Below are positions 1 to 9,880 of a stretch of 64,000 nucleotides of DNA, piece by piece. The DNA lies in contig JAYTHY010000046.1 of the NCBI GenBank assembly GCA_043732185.1, positions 5,250 to 69,249 of the forward strand, read 5' to 3'. The position numbers and the translations under genes are program-made. The stretch is from Fibrobacteria bacterium (lineage in GTDB: Bacteria; Fibrobacterota; Fibrobacteria; UBA11236). Numbering within the stretch: the stretch's first letter is position 1; every line of letters begins with the position of its first letter. Below the pieces are notes generated by a model. That model was not told the DNA's origin, did not search any database, and saw nothing but the letters and a program-made list of their open reading frames with translations.

Positions 1-486
1 AAGGAAAGATGGCTGACGATTGGGAAGGACGGCACGGGCTTCGTGCCCTTCAGGCGTGACCATCCCAACGAATTAGGCCAGCCGCCCGCCGAGGTGACCC
101 CGGAACAAATCCAGCGGGCCGTTGCCACGCATCGTCGCTTGGCTGGGCAAGAAGGGTTGGTTCTTGGCGCTGCGGAACTGAATCTTTACAATCACGCGGA
201 TAGCCTGGTAAAAAGCCGCGGAGGCGAGTTGCTGCTCCTGGCGTTGCCCTCGATGGATCCGGAAATAATTGGCGAGTATTACCGCTTCGCGCATTCGGCC
301 CAATCCGGAACGTTGCGGCCCCTTCTGCTTTTCTTCGCCCAACCTGATAGCCAGCCGGATCTGTTTCGGCGCGAAAACTTCCGTGACTTCGACCATCTCT
401 ACCAAGAGTCCGCAGGCGAGATGACCCGGTTGATCGGGGCGCGTCTCGCCGATCAACTCGTGGCCGGCCGGACCCGGAGGCCGTGA
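1..486 (+). CDS. hypothetical protein, 5'-truncated at window edge (frame open from nt 1; internal GTG at 43)
   Basis: Open frame runs from position 1 to the stop at 486 and is directly followed by the MBOAT gene. No recognisable motifs. Confidence 0.35.
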   Translation, partial: KERWLTIGKDGTGFVPFRRDHPNELGQPPAEVTPEQIQRAVATHRRLAGQEGLVLGAAELNLYNHADSLVKSRGGELLLLALPSMDPEIIGEYYRFAHSAQSGTLRPLLLFFAQPDSQPDLFRRENFRDFDHLYQESAGEMTRLIGARLADQLVAGRTRRP

Positions 487-492
487 CACCCC

Positions 493-1899
493 ATGCTGTT
501 CGTTGAGGCGCGTTTCTTCGTTTTTTTCATCTTGGTTTTTGGAATTTATTGGGCGCTACCGCGCACTTCACAAAAAAAGATATTCCTCCTTGTGGCCAGC
601 GCGACCTTCTATGCGGCTTGGAACTGGCGTTTTCTCGGTCTGATGGCCGTGCACATCATTGCGGACTTCAATATTTCCCGCGGCATCGAACAGTCCCCGT
701 CGCAGCAGACCAGAAAACGCCTGGTGATCCTAAGCATTTGCCTCAACCTCGGTATTCTGGGTTTCTTCAAGTACTATAATTTCTTCATCCTTTCCCTCCA
801 TGGCCTGCTTGAAAATCTCGGCTTGCCAGCATCGTTGTCGACGCTGTCGATCATCCTTCCAGTCGGTATCAGTTTCTTTACTTTTGAATCGCTCAGCTAT
901 ACGGTGGATGTGTACAGGGGCACCCGCAAAGCCGTCCCCCGAATGCTGGATCTGGCGCTGTTCATCAGCTTTTTCCCTCATTTGGTGGCGGGCCCAATCG
1001 TGCGCGCAAACGACCTTTTGCCCCAGCTCGAGCGAGGCCCCCGGCCGTTCGCAGCCATCAATTTCCGACGGTGCCTCATCTTGTTCCTTGTGGGTTTCGT
1101 AAAAAAGGCCTGCATTTCGGATAACCTCGCGCCGGTGGTCGACGCCTATTTCGCCACCCCGGGAACCTTCAAGGTCGTTGCGGCGTGGATAGCCGTTACG
1201 TTCTACGCCATCCAGATCTATTGCGACTTCTCCGGTTACACCGACATGGCGCGGGCCTTGTCCGAGATGCTTGGATTTTCCTTGGCGGAAAACTTTCGCT
1301 CGCCTTATCTTTCAGCCAGCATCACCGATTTTTGGCGTCGCTGGCACATGAGCCTGTCTTCGTGGCTCCGCGACTACCTGTACATTTCGCTCGGCGGGAA
1401 CCGGCGGGGAACGCTGCGGACCTACCGCAACATCCTTGTCACCATGGTGCTCGGAGGGTTGTGGCATGGGGCTTCGTGGACGTTTGTGGCTTGGGGCGCT
1501 CTCCATGGCATCGCCTTGTGCGGGCACCGCTTACTTTCCCCATTCCTCACTCGCCTCCTGGGCCCTCGAACTCGCGGTGTTCTAGGCCTTCCCCTCACCT
1601 TCATTTTTGTCTGCATCGCGTGGATTTTTTTCCGCGCTCCAGATTTTGAAAACGCTCTGATGTGCCTACGCGCGTACGCCCTTTTCTCCAGCGCCGGGTC
1701 GGCCTCATTCCCGACCTGGTACTTTGCCGTCGCGCTGCTGCTCACCGTGGCACACGTGGTTGCCCACAAAATCGACCTCACGACCCTCGGAACTCGCGCC
1801 CCGGCCCACCGGTTTGCCATTGCCTATGGCGCTTGCGTGGCGCTGGTGTTTCCCTTCATGCCATTGATTTATCATCCCTTCATTTATTTCCAGTTCTGA
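493..1899 (+). CDS. MBOAT-family membrane O-acyltransferase (AlgI/DltB-like)
   Basis: 468-aa polytopic membrane protein with the MBOAT signature region FWRRWHMSLSSWLRDYLYISLGGNR, including the conserved His. Confidence 0.85.
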   Translation: MLFVEARFFVFFILVFGIYWALPRTSQKKIFLLVASATFYAAWNWRFLGLMAVHIIADFNISRGIEQSPSQQTRKRLVILSICLNLGILGFFKYYNFFILSLHGLLENLGLPASLSTLSIILPVGISFFTFESLSYTVDVYRGTRKAVPRMLDLALFISFFPHLVAGPIVRANDLLPQLERGPRPFAAINFRRCLILFLVGFVKKACISDNLAPVVDAYFATPGTFKVVAAWIAVTFYAIQIYCDFSGYTDMARALSEMLGFSLAENFRSPYLSASITDFWRRWHMSLSSWLRDYLYISLGGNRRGTLRTYRNILVTMVLGGLWHGASWTFVAWGALHGIALCGHRLLSPFLTRLLGPRTRGVLGLPLTFIFVCIAWIFFRAPDFENALMCLRAYALFSSAGSASFPTWYFAVALLLTVAHVVAHKIDLTTLGTRAPAHRFAIAYGACVALVFPFMPLIYHPFIYFQF

Positions 1900-2135
1900 A
1901 GCAATGGATGGGGCGCGAATCGGCGGTTTGAAGGCGTTTCGGTGGAGTCTTGATCGGTAATCTTGAGGTCAGATGCGACCTAAAGAAAACCAAATGTTGG
2001 AGATTGATGAATTCGATACAGTTTCTTCATAGTTGGAAATCCCGGATGCATAGTGCAATGCAAAAGTCGTAATCCAGTATCATTAATTGTCCTCGCCGTC
2101 GAATATTCTTATATTTTCGAGACCAGAAGGATAAA

Positions 2136-2621
2136 ATGCCAGGGACTATCTTAAAGTTGAAAAGACATCGGTTGCTTCCTGCAATCTCGGTTCTCACGGT
2201 TTCATTGCTTCTTACAGGTGAGTTTTTCAACTGCTGCCGCATCAACGTAGCCTTCGCGGTGGACGTCCGTCAGGTTATTCAAACTTTGGGTTTTATTACG
2301 CCGTTAAAGGCTGTGGCCTCGACTTCGGAAGACCCTGACCATCATTGCCATGGTCATGAAGTCCATTCCACCTCTCAAATAGATGGTGATGCCATCCCAG
2401 GCCTTTCCATGTTCACGCAAGTTGGAAGTTGCATATCCGATCAGTCGATAGCCAAGAAATCCATGGTGGGAAGCGAATCCTTCACATTGGAAATACCCAC
2501 GGCGGCTACTAGGTTTCTTGAAGAACCGCTCGTCGTTAAATCGTTCTCTATCGACCATCCTCGCCCCCAAAACAGGTCCAGCCCCCCCATTTATCTCCTC
2601 ACCCTTCGTATCCTCGTTTAA
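2136..2621 (+). CDS. hypothetical small exported protein with His-rich HHCHGHEVH motif (coding status uncertain)
   Basis: AGGA 5 nt upstream of the ATG, in an AT-rich promoter-like region. N-terminal hydrophobic segment and a His cluster. An overlapping minus-strand ORF (2304..2570) is also His/Met-rich, so strand assignment is ambiguous. Confidence 0.25.
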   Translation: MPGTILKLKRHRLLPAISVLTVSLLLTGEFFNCCRINVAFAVDVRQVIQTLGFITPLKAVASTSEDPDHHCHGHEVHSTSQIDGDAIPGLSMFTQVGSCISDQSIAKKSMVGSESFTLEIPTAATRFLEEPLVVKSFSIDHPRPQNRSSPPIYLLTLRILV

Positions 2622-2752
2622 ATCCCCGCTGGAAGCCGTATTTCCGGTTTCTCTATTGAGTCTTTGGCGTAAGGCTTAACCCTCCCGCCTTAGCTCATCA
2701 CCGTACTCAACATATTGACTTTTTGGGTTTTGTAAACAAGGAGATCAGTGAA

Positions 2753-3967
2753 ATGATCATTTTCAGGAAATACGAAATCATCCTGGCATTACTGACAACC
2801 GGTCAAGTATTTCCGTCCGACCTAAGCCTCGATAGCCTCGTTCATTCGGCCCTTCGAAACAATCCTGAATTGGAAGCCGCGCGTCAGGAAGCTATCGTAG
2901 CGGCACAGGATACTTTGACGGCTCAAGTTTTGGCAAACCCCATCCTAAGCCTTGAGGCCTTGCACAATATGAATGATGGGTCAAAGCCGAAAGCCGGGGT
3001 GAGGCTCTCACAGGAATTCCGACCCGGGGTCCGAAGTAAGCGACTCGAAGTCGCCAAAGCGAATTGGTCAGCGACACTTGCTCGGCAAAAAGCCAGGGAA
3101 TGGGATCTTACCACCGATATCCGCACGGCATATTTCTCTTGGCAGCTTCTCAATCAAAAACTCGCCATTCAAAAGGAAGTTAAAACGCGCTGGGAAGGCT
3201 TGGCCCGCCTGGCTACGGCCAAGGTAGCGGAAGGTCGGGTTTCCCAAGTTGAGGAAGCGCAGGCCCAATTGAACCAAGCTAAAGCCGGACAAAGGGAATT
3301 GGAATTCCAAACCGAATTGGATGCCATTGGAAAACGTCTCGACTTTATGACAGGTAAATCCGGAATCGGAGATTCCATCGCTCTTGAAAAACTGGATTCT
3401 CTTCCCTCAGTTCCGTCCGTGGATTCCCTTAAAACCTGGATAAGTGCCGCCAACCCTGACTTGAAGACTTTGGATCTGGAAACTGCGGCTGTGGATAGGC
3501 AACTTGTTTTAGAAAAGAGCCTTCGGCGGCAATCGTTCAGTCTCACCTTGGGTTTTGATCGGGAATCCGACGGCAGCAATTTAATCGGAGGCGGTATTGA
3601 ATTGCCATTGCCCCTGTTCAACCGCAATCAGGCCGGCATTGCCAAGTCCAAGGCTTCTCTCCGTGAGGCCGAGCTGCGCAGGTCAGCGGCCGGGAAAAAG
3701 ATTGAAGCTGAAATCCAGGAAATCCAAGAGAGGCTTGTCAATCTATCGACCCGTCACCGGAATTATTCGGAACATATCCGTACTCTGAGTCAAAAGCAAC
3801 TGAGCTTATCTGAAAAGGGATTTAAGCAAGGGTTACTTGGGATTTTCGACCTTTCACGTGTCCAAGAGGAGACTCTGGCACAAGACATGGAAGCACTCGA
3901 TATCGTCGATCAGTTTTATCAACAATGGAACCGCCTGGGAAGGGTGGTCGGGGGAAAATTATGGTAA
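2753..3967 (+). CDS. outer-membrane efflux factor (TolC/CzcC family) of an RND heavy-metal efflux system
   Basis: OEP-family N-terminus (LSLDSLVHSALRNNPELEAARQE). ATG at 2753 has AAGGAG at -9; the ORF track's TTG at 2723 is less likely. First gene of a C-B-A operon. Confidence 0.8.
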   Translation: MIIFRKYEIILALLTTGQVFPSDLSLDSLVHSALRNNPELEAARQEAIVAAQDTLTAQVLANPILSLEALHNMNDGSKPKAGVRLSQEFRPGVRSKRLEVAKANWSATLARQKAREWDLTTDIRTAYFSWQLLNQKLAIQKEVKTRWEGLARLATAKVAEGRVSQVEEAQAQLNQAKAGQRELEFQTELDAIGKRLDFMTGKSGIGDSIALEKLDSLPSVPSVDSLKTWISAANPDLKTLDLETAAVDRQLVLEKSLRRQSFSLTLGFDRESDGSNLIGGGIELPLPLFNRNQAGIAKSKASLREAELRRSAAGKKIEAEIQEIQERLVNLSTRHRNYSEHIRTLSQKQLSLSEKGFKQGLLGIFDLSRVQEETLAQDMEALDIVDQFYQQWNRLGRVVGGKLW

Positions 3968-4935
3968 GCATCCGTACATTCGTTCAATGTTTGGCTTTGG
4001 TTATCTTGACTGGCGCGAGCCGAACTTTCGCCCATGCCGGGCATACTGAAGCGCCCCAGGAGCAAACCGGCGCAGGAGGACCGGTCTTCCTATCGGAGGA
4101 GGCGGAAAAAAATCTAGACATCCAGACGGCGGAAGCCACCGTGCAAGCCATCGAGAAAACCATAAAAGCCTCCGGAACCGCGCAGGCCATCCCAGGCACA
4201 CGTGAAAACGTGGCCAGCAAGATTGCCGGAAGAGTGGTTGAACTCAAGGCCACGCTGGGCCAGTACAAGAAGCAAGGAGAACCCCTGCTCATTTTGGAAG
4301 CGCGTCAGCTTTCGGAAACCCCTATTCGCGTTTCCGTCCTCGCGCCCCGCAGCGGAAAAGTGGTCAAACTCAATGTGATCAAAGGCGATGCTGTGGAAAC
4401 GGGGACCTCCCTGCTTGAGATCGCCGATTATTCGGAGGTTTATGCGGTTGCGAAGGTGTACGAATCCCAGGTTGGTAGGATCACTAAAGGCATGCCCGCA
4501 CGAATCTATTCTCCTGCGCTTAAGAATAAGGAATTGGACAGCAAGGTCGATGTGATCGGATCCGAAGTGAACCCTCAGAGCCGCACCGTGGACGTATGGC
4601 TTCGGGTCAAAAACCAGAATGAACAATTGAAAATAAACATGACCGTGAGCGTCTTTTTCCTGGCCGATAAGGAAGATGAATCCATAGTCGTGCCGAAGTC
4701 GGCTTTACTAGGTTCGGGAGGCGAGCGCTTCGTTTTCGTCGTGGAAGGAAACAAGTACACCCGTACCTCCGTTGTTACGGGTATCGAGAATGACAAGTGG
4801 ATCGAGATTGTTGAAGGTCTCACGCCGGGGGATTCGGTTGTGACGCAAGGGAATTATCAATTGCAATTCGCCAAAACCAAACCGGCAACGGGTACCCCGG
4901 CAGAAGCTGGAAAACCCGGTTCCAAGGCGAAATGA
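3961..4935 (+). CDS. RND efflux periplasmic adaptor (membrane fusion protein, CzcB/CusB-like)
   Basis: Signal sequence MVSIRTFVQCLALVILTGA plus beta-barrel/lipoyl-like MFP motifs. ATGGTAA overlap with the upstream stop. Confidence 0.8.
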   Translation: MVSIRTFVQCLALVILTGASRTFAHAGHTEAPQEQTGAGGPVFLSEEAEKNLDIQTAEATVQAIEKTIKASGTAQAIPGTRENVASKIAGRVVELKATLGQYKKQGEPLLILEARQLSETPIRVSVLAPRSGKVVKLNVIKGDAVETGTSLLEIADYSEVYAVAKVYESQVGRITKGMPARIYSPALKNKELDSKVDVIGSEVNPQSRTVDVWLRVKNQNEQLKINMTVSVFFLADKEDESIVVPKSALLGSGGERFVFVVEGNKYTRTSVVTGIENDKWIEIVEGLTPGDSVVTQGNYQLQFAKTKPATGTPAEAGKPGSKAK

Positions 4936-4941
4936 GCCAAT

Positions 4942-7900
4942 ATGCTTAACTTAATCATCCGCTTTTCTCTCCGTAATCGGCTCCTTATTACGGCCCTGGC
5001 CGTCTTACTCACCGTGTACGGGACCTATGTGCTGCGCAAGCTCCCCGTGGATGTCTTTCCGGATCTTAATCGTCCCACCGTTACCATTTTCACGGAAGCC
5101 TCTGGTCTTTCCCCGGAAGAAGTGGAAGCCTTAGTCGCCTATCCCATCGAGACCGCCATGAACGGCGCCACAGGAGTCGAACGGGTTCGATCGGTCTCAA
5201 CGCCCGGTCTGGGCCTGGTGTTCGTGGAGTTCGATTGGTCCACGGATATTTATATCGACAGGCAGATCGTGGCCGAAAAACTTCAGAGCATCCGGGAAAA
5301 TCTCCCGCCTTCCGTGAATCCGGTCATGGGACCCATCACGTCCATCATGGGCGAAATCATGCTTATCAGCGTCAGCGGCGATTCTACTTCACCGATGGAT
5401 TTGCGAACCTTGTCGGACTGGACCATAAAACCCAGGCTACTCAGCATTCCCGGGGTGGCCCAAGTTATCCCCATTGGAGGCGATCTTAAACAATACCATA
5501 TCCTCGTCTCGCCGGATAAGTTACGCCAGAACGGCGTGACCCTGCGTCAGGTCGAGGAAGCGGTCAAGAAGTCCAATACCAATTCTACAGGTGGATTCCT
5601 GGTGCAGGGATATACGGAAGCCGTGGTACGCAACCTCGGACGCGTAGAGTCCCTGGATGATTTGCGGAATACTGTCGTCGCGTTCCGGGACGGGCAATCC
5701 ATCACCTTGGATCAGGTAGCGGATATCCGTTTCGGATCTCCGCAAAAAAGAGGATCCGGGGGATCGAATGCCAGGCCCGCCGTTATCCTGAGCGTTAAAA
5801 AGCAACCGGGCGCAAGCACCACCGACCTCACGGAAAAAGTCGATGCCGCCCTGAAGGATTTGCAAAAGACCCTTCCAAAGGGCGTTGAAATCAATGCCAA
5901 CCTATTCCGCCAATCCAATTTCATAACTACCGCCATCGGCAATGTCGAAGACGCCTTGCGTGACGGGAGCATCCTGGTTGTCATCGTCCTCTTTTTCTTT
6001 CTCCTGAATTTCCGGACCACCTTCATCACCTTAACGGCCATTCCGTTGTCCATTCTGATTACCGTACTGGTCTTCAAGATCTACGGCATTTCCATCAATA
6101 CCATGACCCTCGGGGGTTTGGCCGTCGCCATCGGAGAGTTGGTTGATGACGCCATCGTGGGAGTCGAGAACGTATTCCGCAGATTAAAGGAGAACAGCGC
6201 GAAACCCAATCCGGAGCCGGTCCTGGACGTCATATACATCGCATCCTCGGAGGTCAGGAATTCCATCGTCTTCGCGACCTTGATCGTAGTGCTTGTCTTT
6301 ATCCCATTGTTTTCATTGGGTGGGATAGAAGGACGCATCTTTGCCCCGCTGGGCATCTCCTATATCCTTTCGATCCTGGCGTCGCTGCTGGTTTCCCTCA
6401 CGGTCACTCCCGCATTATGCGCCTATCTGCTTCCCAATGCGAAGTTTTTGCATAAGGAAGCGGATGGGCCGTTGGTCCGCTTCCTCAAGAACTGGAATCG
6501 GAAATATCTTTTGGAACCAACCATCAGCCGACCTTGGTTGTCCCTATCCATAGCCCTGGTACTTTTGGCAGCGGCCGTCGCGTCCTTTCCATTTCTGGGA
6601 AAAGAATTCCTACCGCCATTCAACGAAGGCACGGCGACAATCAATGTCCTTTTGCCGCCGGGAACCTCGCTTCCCGAATCGGATCGCATCGGCATATTGG
6701 CTGAAAAATTAATCCTCAAAGTGCCGGAAGTCCTGTCGACTGGGAGGCGGACCGGCCGGGCTGAAGAGGATGATCATGCCGAAGGGGTCCACTCAGCGGA
6801 AATCGACGTGGATTTGAAGCCCAGTAAAAGAAAGCGGGAAGTCATACTCGGGGATATCCGCAAGAATCTCGATTTGATACCGGGTATCGCCATCAATATC
6901 GGTCAGCCCATCTCCCATCGCATCGATCATCTGTTGTCCGGTATACGCGCCCAAGTGGCCATCAAGCTCTATGGCGACGACCTGGGAACATTACGGCAAA
7001 AGGCGGATGAAATCGAAGGACAATTGAAAACCGTTCGTGGCGTAGTGGATTTATCCGTCGAAAAGCAGGTTCTCATTCCTCAGATTTCTGTAAAGCTAAA
7101 TAGGGACGAACTGAAGCGCTATGGCCTACAACCAGGTGACATAACGGAACTCATCCAAACAGCATTGGGCGGTGAAAAAGTTTCCGAGGTCCTGGAAGAC
7201 CAGAAGCGTTTTTCCATGGTCGTCCTGCTGGACAAGGATAGTCGCGCCGACATGGAAAAAATAGGCTCGATCCTGGTGGAGCTTCCGAGCGGGGATCAAA
7301 TCCCTCTGAATATGGTCGCGACAATCCTGCCTGCCGTGGGACCCAACCAGATTTTGCGTGAAAACGTCCGGCGGCGCATCGTTATCCAATGCAATACTAG
7401 CGGCCGCGATCTGGGCTCCGTCGTTAATGACATCCAGAAGGTGATAGGCGAAAAAGTCCAATTGCCGACTGGATATTTCATCGAGTACGGCGGACAATTC
7501 GAAAGTCAAAGGGAGGCCAGCCGAATGATTGGGCTTCTCAGTATTTTCTCGCTATTGGGGATGTTCCTCGTACTATTCATGCACTTCCGTTCCGTCAAGC
7601 TTGTCATGTTCATCATGCTCAACATCCCCTTCTCCATGATCGGCGCCGTACTCGCCCTTTGGCTTACGACCCGGACCTTCTCCATCGGTTCCCTGGTGGG
7701 ATTCGTCACCCTTTGCGGCATCTCCGCCCGCAATGGCATCATGATGGTCTCGCATTACCTCCATCTGCTTCGGGAGGAAGGAGAAACATGGACACCGCAT
7801 ATGATCACGCGGGGCGCTTTGGAGCGCTTGGTTCCCGTCCTCATGACGGCCTCAACCGCGGCCTTGGCTCTTATCCCTCTCATCCTGTCGCCTAGCGAAC

Positions 7901-8079
7901 CTGGTAAGGAAATCCTGTATCCGGTCGCCGTCGTCATCTTTGGCGGACTGATCAGTTCAACCTTGATGAACATTGCTTTGGTCCCAACCATGTTTTGGAA
8001 TTTTGGTCAAAAGGCCGTGGCTCACCTTCTGGAAAAAGATAAGGCTGAAGCCTCAGAAAGGAAGGGCAACACGAATTAA
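4942..8079 (+). CDS. heavy-metal efflux RND permease (CzcA/CusA family, HME-RND)
   Basis: 1045 aa. N-terminus MLNLIIRFSLRNRLLITALAVLLTVYGTYVLRKLPVDVFPDLNRPTV is typical of CusA/CzcA, with 12-TM RND architecture. Confidence 0.9.
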   Translation: MLNLIIRFSLRNRLLITALAVLLTVYGTYVLRKLPVDVFPDLNRPTVTIFTEASGLSPEEVEALVAYPIETAMNGATGVERVRSVSTPGLGLVFVEFDWSTDIYIDRQIVAEKLQSIRENLPPSVNPVMGPITSIMGEIMLISVSGDSTSPMDLRTLSDWTIKPRLLSIPGVAQVIPIGGDLKQYHILVSPDKLRQNGVTLRQVEEAVKKSNTNSTGGFLVQGYTEAVVRNLGRVESLDDLRNTVVAFRDGQSITLDQVADIRFGSPQKRGSGGSNARPAVILSVKKQPGASTTDLTEKVDAALKDLQKTLPKGVEINANLFRQSNFITTAIGNVEDALRDGSILVVIVLFFFLLNFRTTFITLTAIPLSILITVLVFKIYGISINTMTLGGLAVAIGELVDDAIVGVENVFRRLKENSAKPNPEPVLDVIYIASSEVRNSIVFATLIVVLVFIPLFSLGGIEGRIFAPLGISYILSILASLLVSLTVTPALCAYLLPNAKFLHKEADGPLVRFLKNWNRKYLLEPTISRPWLSLSIALVLLAAAVASFPFLGKEFLPPFNEGTATINVLLPPGTSLPESDRIGILAEKLILKVPEVLSTGRRTGRAEEDDHAEGVHSAEIDVDLKPSKRKREVILGDIRKNLDLIPGIAINIGQPISHRIDHLLSGIRAQVAIKLYGDDLGTLRQKADEIEGQLKTVRGVVDLSVEKQVLIPQISVKLNRDELKRYGLQPGDITELIQTALGGEKVSEVLEDQKRFSMVVLLDKDSRADMEKIGSILVELPSGDQIPLNMVATILPAVGPNQILRENVRRRIVIQCNTSGRDLGSVVNDIQKVIGEKVQLPTGYFIEYGGQFESQREASRMIGLLSIFSLLGMFLVLFMHFRSVKLVMFIMLNIPFSMIGAVLALWLTTRTFSIGSLVGFVTLCGISARNGIMMVSHYLHLLREEGETWTPHMITRGALERLVPVLMTASTAALALIPLILSPSEPGKEILYPVAVVIFGGLISSTLMNIALVPTMFWNFGQKAVAHLLEKDKAEASERKGNTN

Positions 8080-8159
8080 CCCTTGGCACCAACCTTGCTC
8101 TCTGTCTCAATGTCTCTCTGTACTGTGTATTTTCAACCATTCATCACTAGGAGTAAATT

Positions 8160-8630
8160 ATGAAGAACACGAAATTGACACTGCTGTCCACCTTCTTTGC
8201 AGCCACCCTATGTACCGTTCCCACCATTCAGGCGAACGAGAAGGGCGAGGCCGCACACGATTCGGCTATGTCTAGATCACCGGAAATGCATATCAATCCC
8301 ACCGAAGGATTGAAAAATATGCATGCCCAGCTGGATAGCGCGGACAAGTACTTGGCAGCAGGCAAACTTGATCGTATGCATGTTTTCGCCGAAGCCATCG
8401 AGGGAGCCGTCGTCGGAATCGACAAAGACACATCCCTAGATGCCATGAAGCAGAAACGTGTTTCCGGTTGCGTGAAAAATATCGCCAAGCTGGCGAAGGA
8501 GTTGGACGAAAACGGCGATGCCAACAAATTGGAGGAGACCCGTAAAACGATTAAAAAGCTAAAGGCCCAGGCAGAATTGTTGGAAAAACAGTTCAAGAGT
8601 AAAGCCGGCAAGGAAGATCACCATAAATAA
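8160..8630 (+). CDS. secreted periplasmic protein, Lys/Glu-rich helical, scattered His/Met (possible metal-binding)
   Basis: Signal peptide MKNTKLTLLSTFFAATLCTVPTIQA. AGGAG RBS. C-terminal EDHHK. Confidence 0.5.
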   Translation: MKNTKLTLLSTFFAATLCTVPTIQANEKGEAAHDSAMSRSPEMHINPTEGLKNMHAQLDSADKYLAAGKLDRMHVFAEAIEGAVVGIDKDTSLDAMKQKRVSGCVKNIAKLAKELDENGDANKLEETRKTIKKLKAQAELLEKQFKSKAGKEDHHK

Positions 8631-8766
8631 CGGAATGCGATATCACCGTAATATCATTGGGTGATTCCGAAGCTGCCGGCGATTTGAAAACCGGCGGTTT
8701 CTCCTATTTTTCATAGTAGTTCTAGAATTGAAATCAAATACACAAACGAAGAAAGCGAGGTCGAAA

Positions 8767-9831
8767 ATGGCCTTTCAAGTCCTGATTCGGGCTTTAGGTG
8801 CCATAACTCTATTGGCACTTTCTGGATGCTCAATAAAAATGAATGACGGTGCGATGGGAAATCCCTCCACGGTTGCCATACCAATAATTACCTCCGATGC
8901 GCTCTATGTCGTTAATGGAGGGAGCAATTCTTTGACGGTCATAAATACCTCTACCAACGAAGTGGCAGGAACCATTGTGCTCAAGGATGTTACCTTTCCT
9001 CACCACCTTTCTTTGAGCCCGGATCGGGGGTCCCTGTCCTTGGCCGTGCCAGGCATGGACCTCAGCGCGGGACACGATGGGGGCGGAATGGCCATGAAAA
9101 TGAAAGGCGCAATACTCAACCTCGACGCCGCCACAGGACAAACCAAGGTCAGCCGCTTGCTGGACGCACCAAATCATAATGGTGCATTTTCCCCGGATGG
9201 CAAGGAGGTGTGGACGTCACAGATGATCATGTCAGGGAATATCCTGGTATTGGATGCTGTTACGCTCACGACCATCAAGATTATCGACGTTGGTGATATG
9301 CCCGCCGAAGTCACCTTTTCCAGCGACGGCAAGTATGCCTTCGTTGCCAATGGGATGTCCAACAACGTGACGATAATCGACGTCGCCATGAAAACGGTAC
9401 TCAAGACGCTTTCGGTGGGCATGAATCCCGTCGGCGCTTGGCCAGGGCCGAACGGCATGATGTATGTCGATAATGAAAAGAGCAAAACCTTGACTGTCAT
9501 CGATGGAGCGAAGCTCGATGCCGTCAAAACCATCAATCTAGGATTCATGCCAGGCATGGCGGCCATCGCACCCAATGGAGAGCTGTGGGTGACGAATGCG
9601 GAAGACGGTAAGGTTGTCTTTTTTTCGGCCACGGATGGTTCGAAGTCAGGTGAACTGGCCACGGGAGCGAATGCCCATGGCATAGCCTTCGCCGGTGATG
9701 GGAAAACCGCTTATGTTTCCAACCAAGGGGCCGGAACCGTTAGCGTCATAGATATTCTTTCAAAAGCTTTGGTCAAAAATATTCCGGTCGGGGCGGAACC
9801 AAATGGAATGGCTTTTAGGAAAATGCCTTAG
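8767..9831 (+). CDS. YVTN-family beta-propeller repeat lipoprotein
   Basis: Lipobox LALSGC. Six or more repeats of the YVxNxxSNxhxVID type (YVVNGGSNSLTVINTST, YAFVANGMSNNVTIIDV, TAYVSNQGAGTVSVIDI). ATG 8767 has a GAGG RBS; the ORF track's start at 8728 is also possible. Confidence 0.75.
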   Translation: MAFQVLIRALGAITLLALSGCSIKMNDGAMGNPSTVAIPIITSDALYVVNGGSNSLTVINTSTNEVAGTIVLKDVTFPHHLSLSPDRGSLSLAVPGMDLSAGHDGGGMAMKMKGAILNLDAATGQTKVSRLLDAPNHNGAFSPDGKEVWTSQMIMSGNILVLDAVTLTTIKIIDVGDMPAEVTFSSDGKYAFVANGMSNNVTIIDVAMKTVLKTLSVGMNPVGAWPGPNGMMYVDNEKSKTLTVIDGAKLDAVKTINLGFMPGMAAIAPNGELWVTNAEDGKVVFFSATDGSKSGELATGANAHGIAFAGDGKTAYVSNQGAGTVSVIDILSKALVKNIPVGAEPNGMAFRKMP

Positions 9832-9880
9832 CATCAACGATGAAATTATTGAAACCAAATACCGAGGAGACGAAATAATC

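Noticed and set aside
549-1820. Several ORFs overlapping the MBOAT gene on both strands (549..779, 730..981, 800..1102, 1185..1649, 1422..1820)
   Set aside because: Overlap a well-supported membrane protein gene. No motifs. Typical of alternative-frame noise.
2304-2570. Minus-strand Met/His-rich 88-aa ORF as the real gene upstream of czcC
   Set aside because: Not rejected outright, but it has no RBS or signal peptide and overlaps the plus-strand ORF that does have an RBS. Left as ambiguous in the findings.
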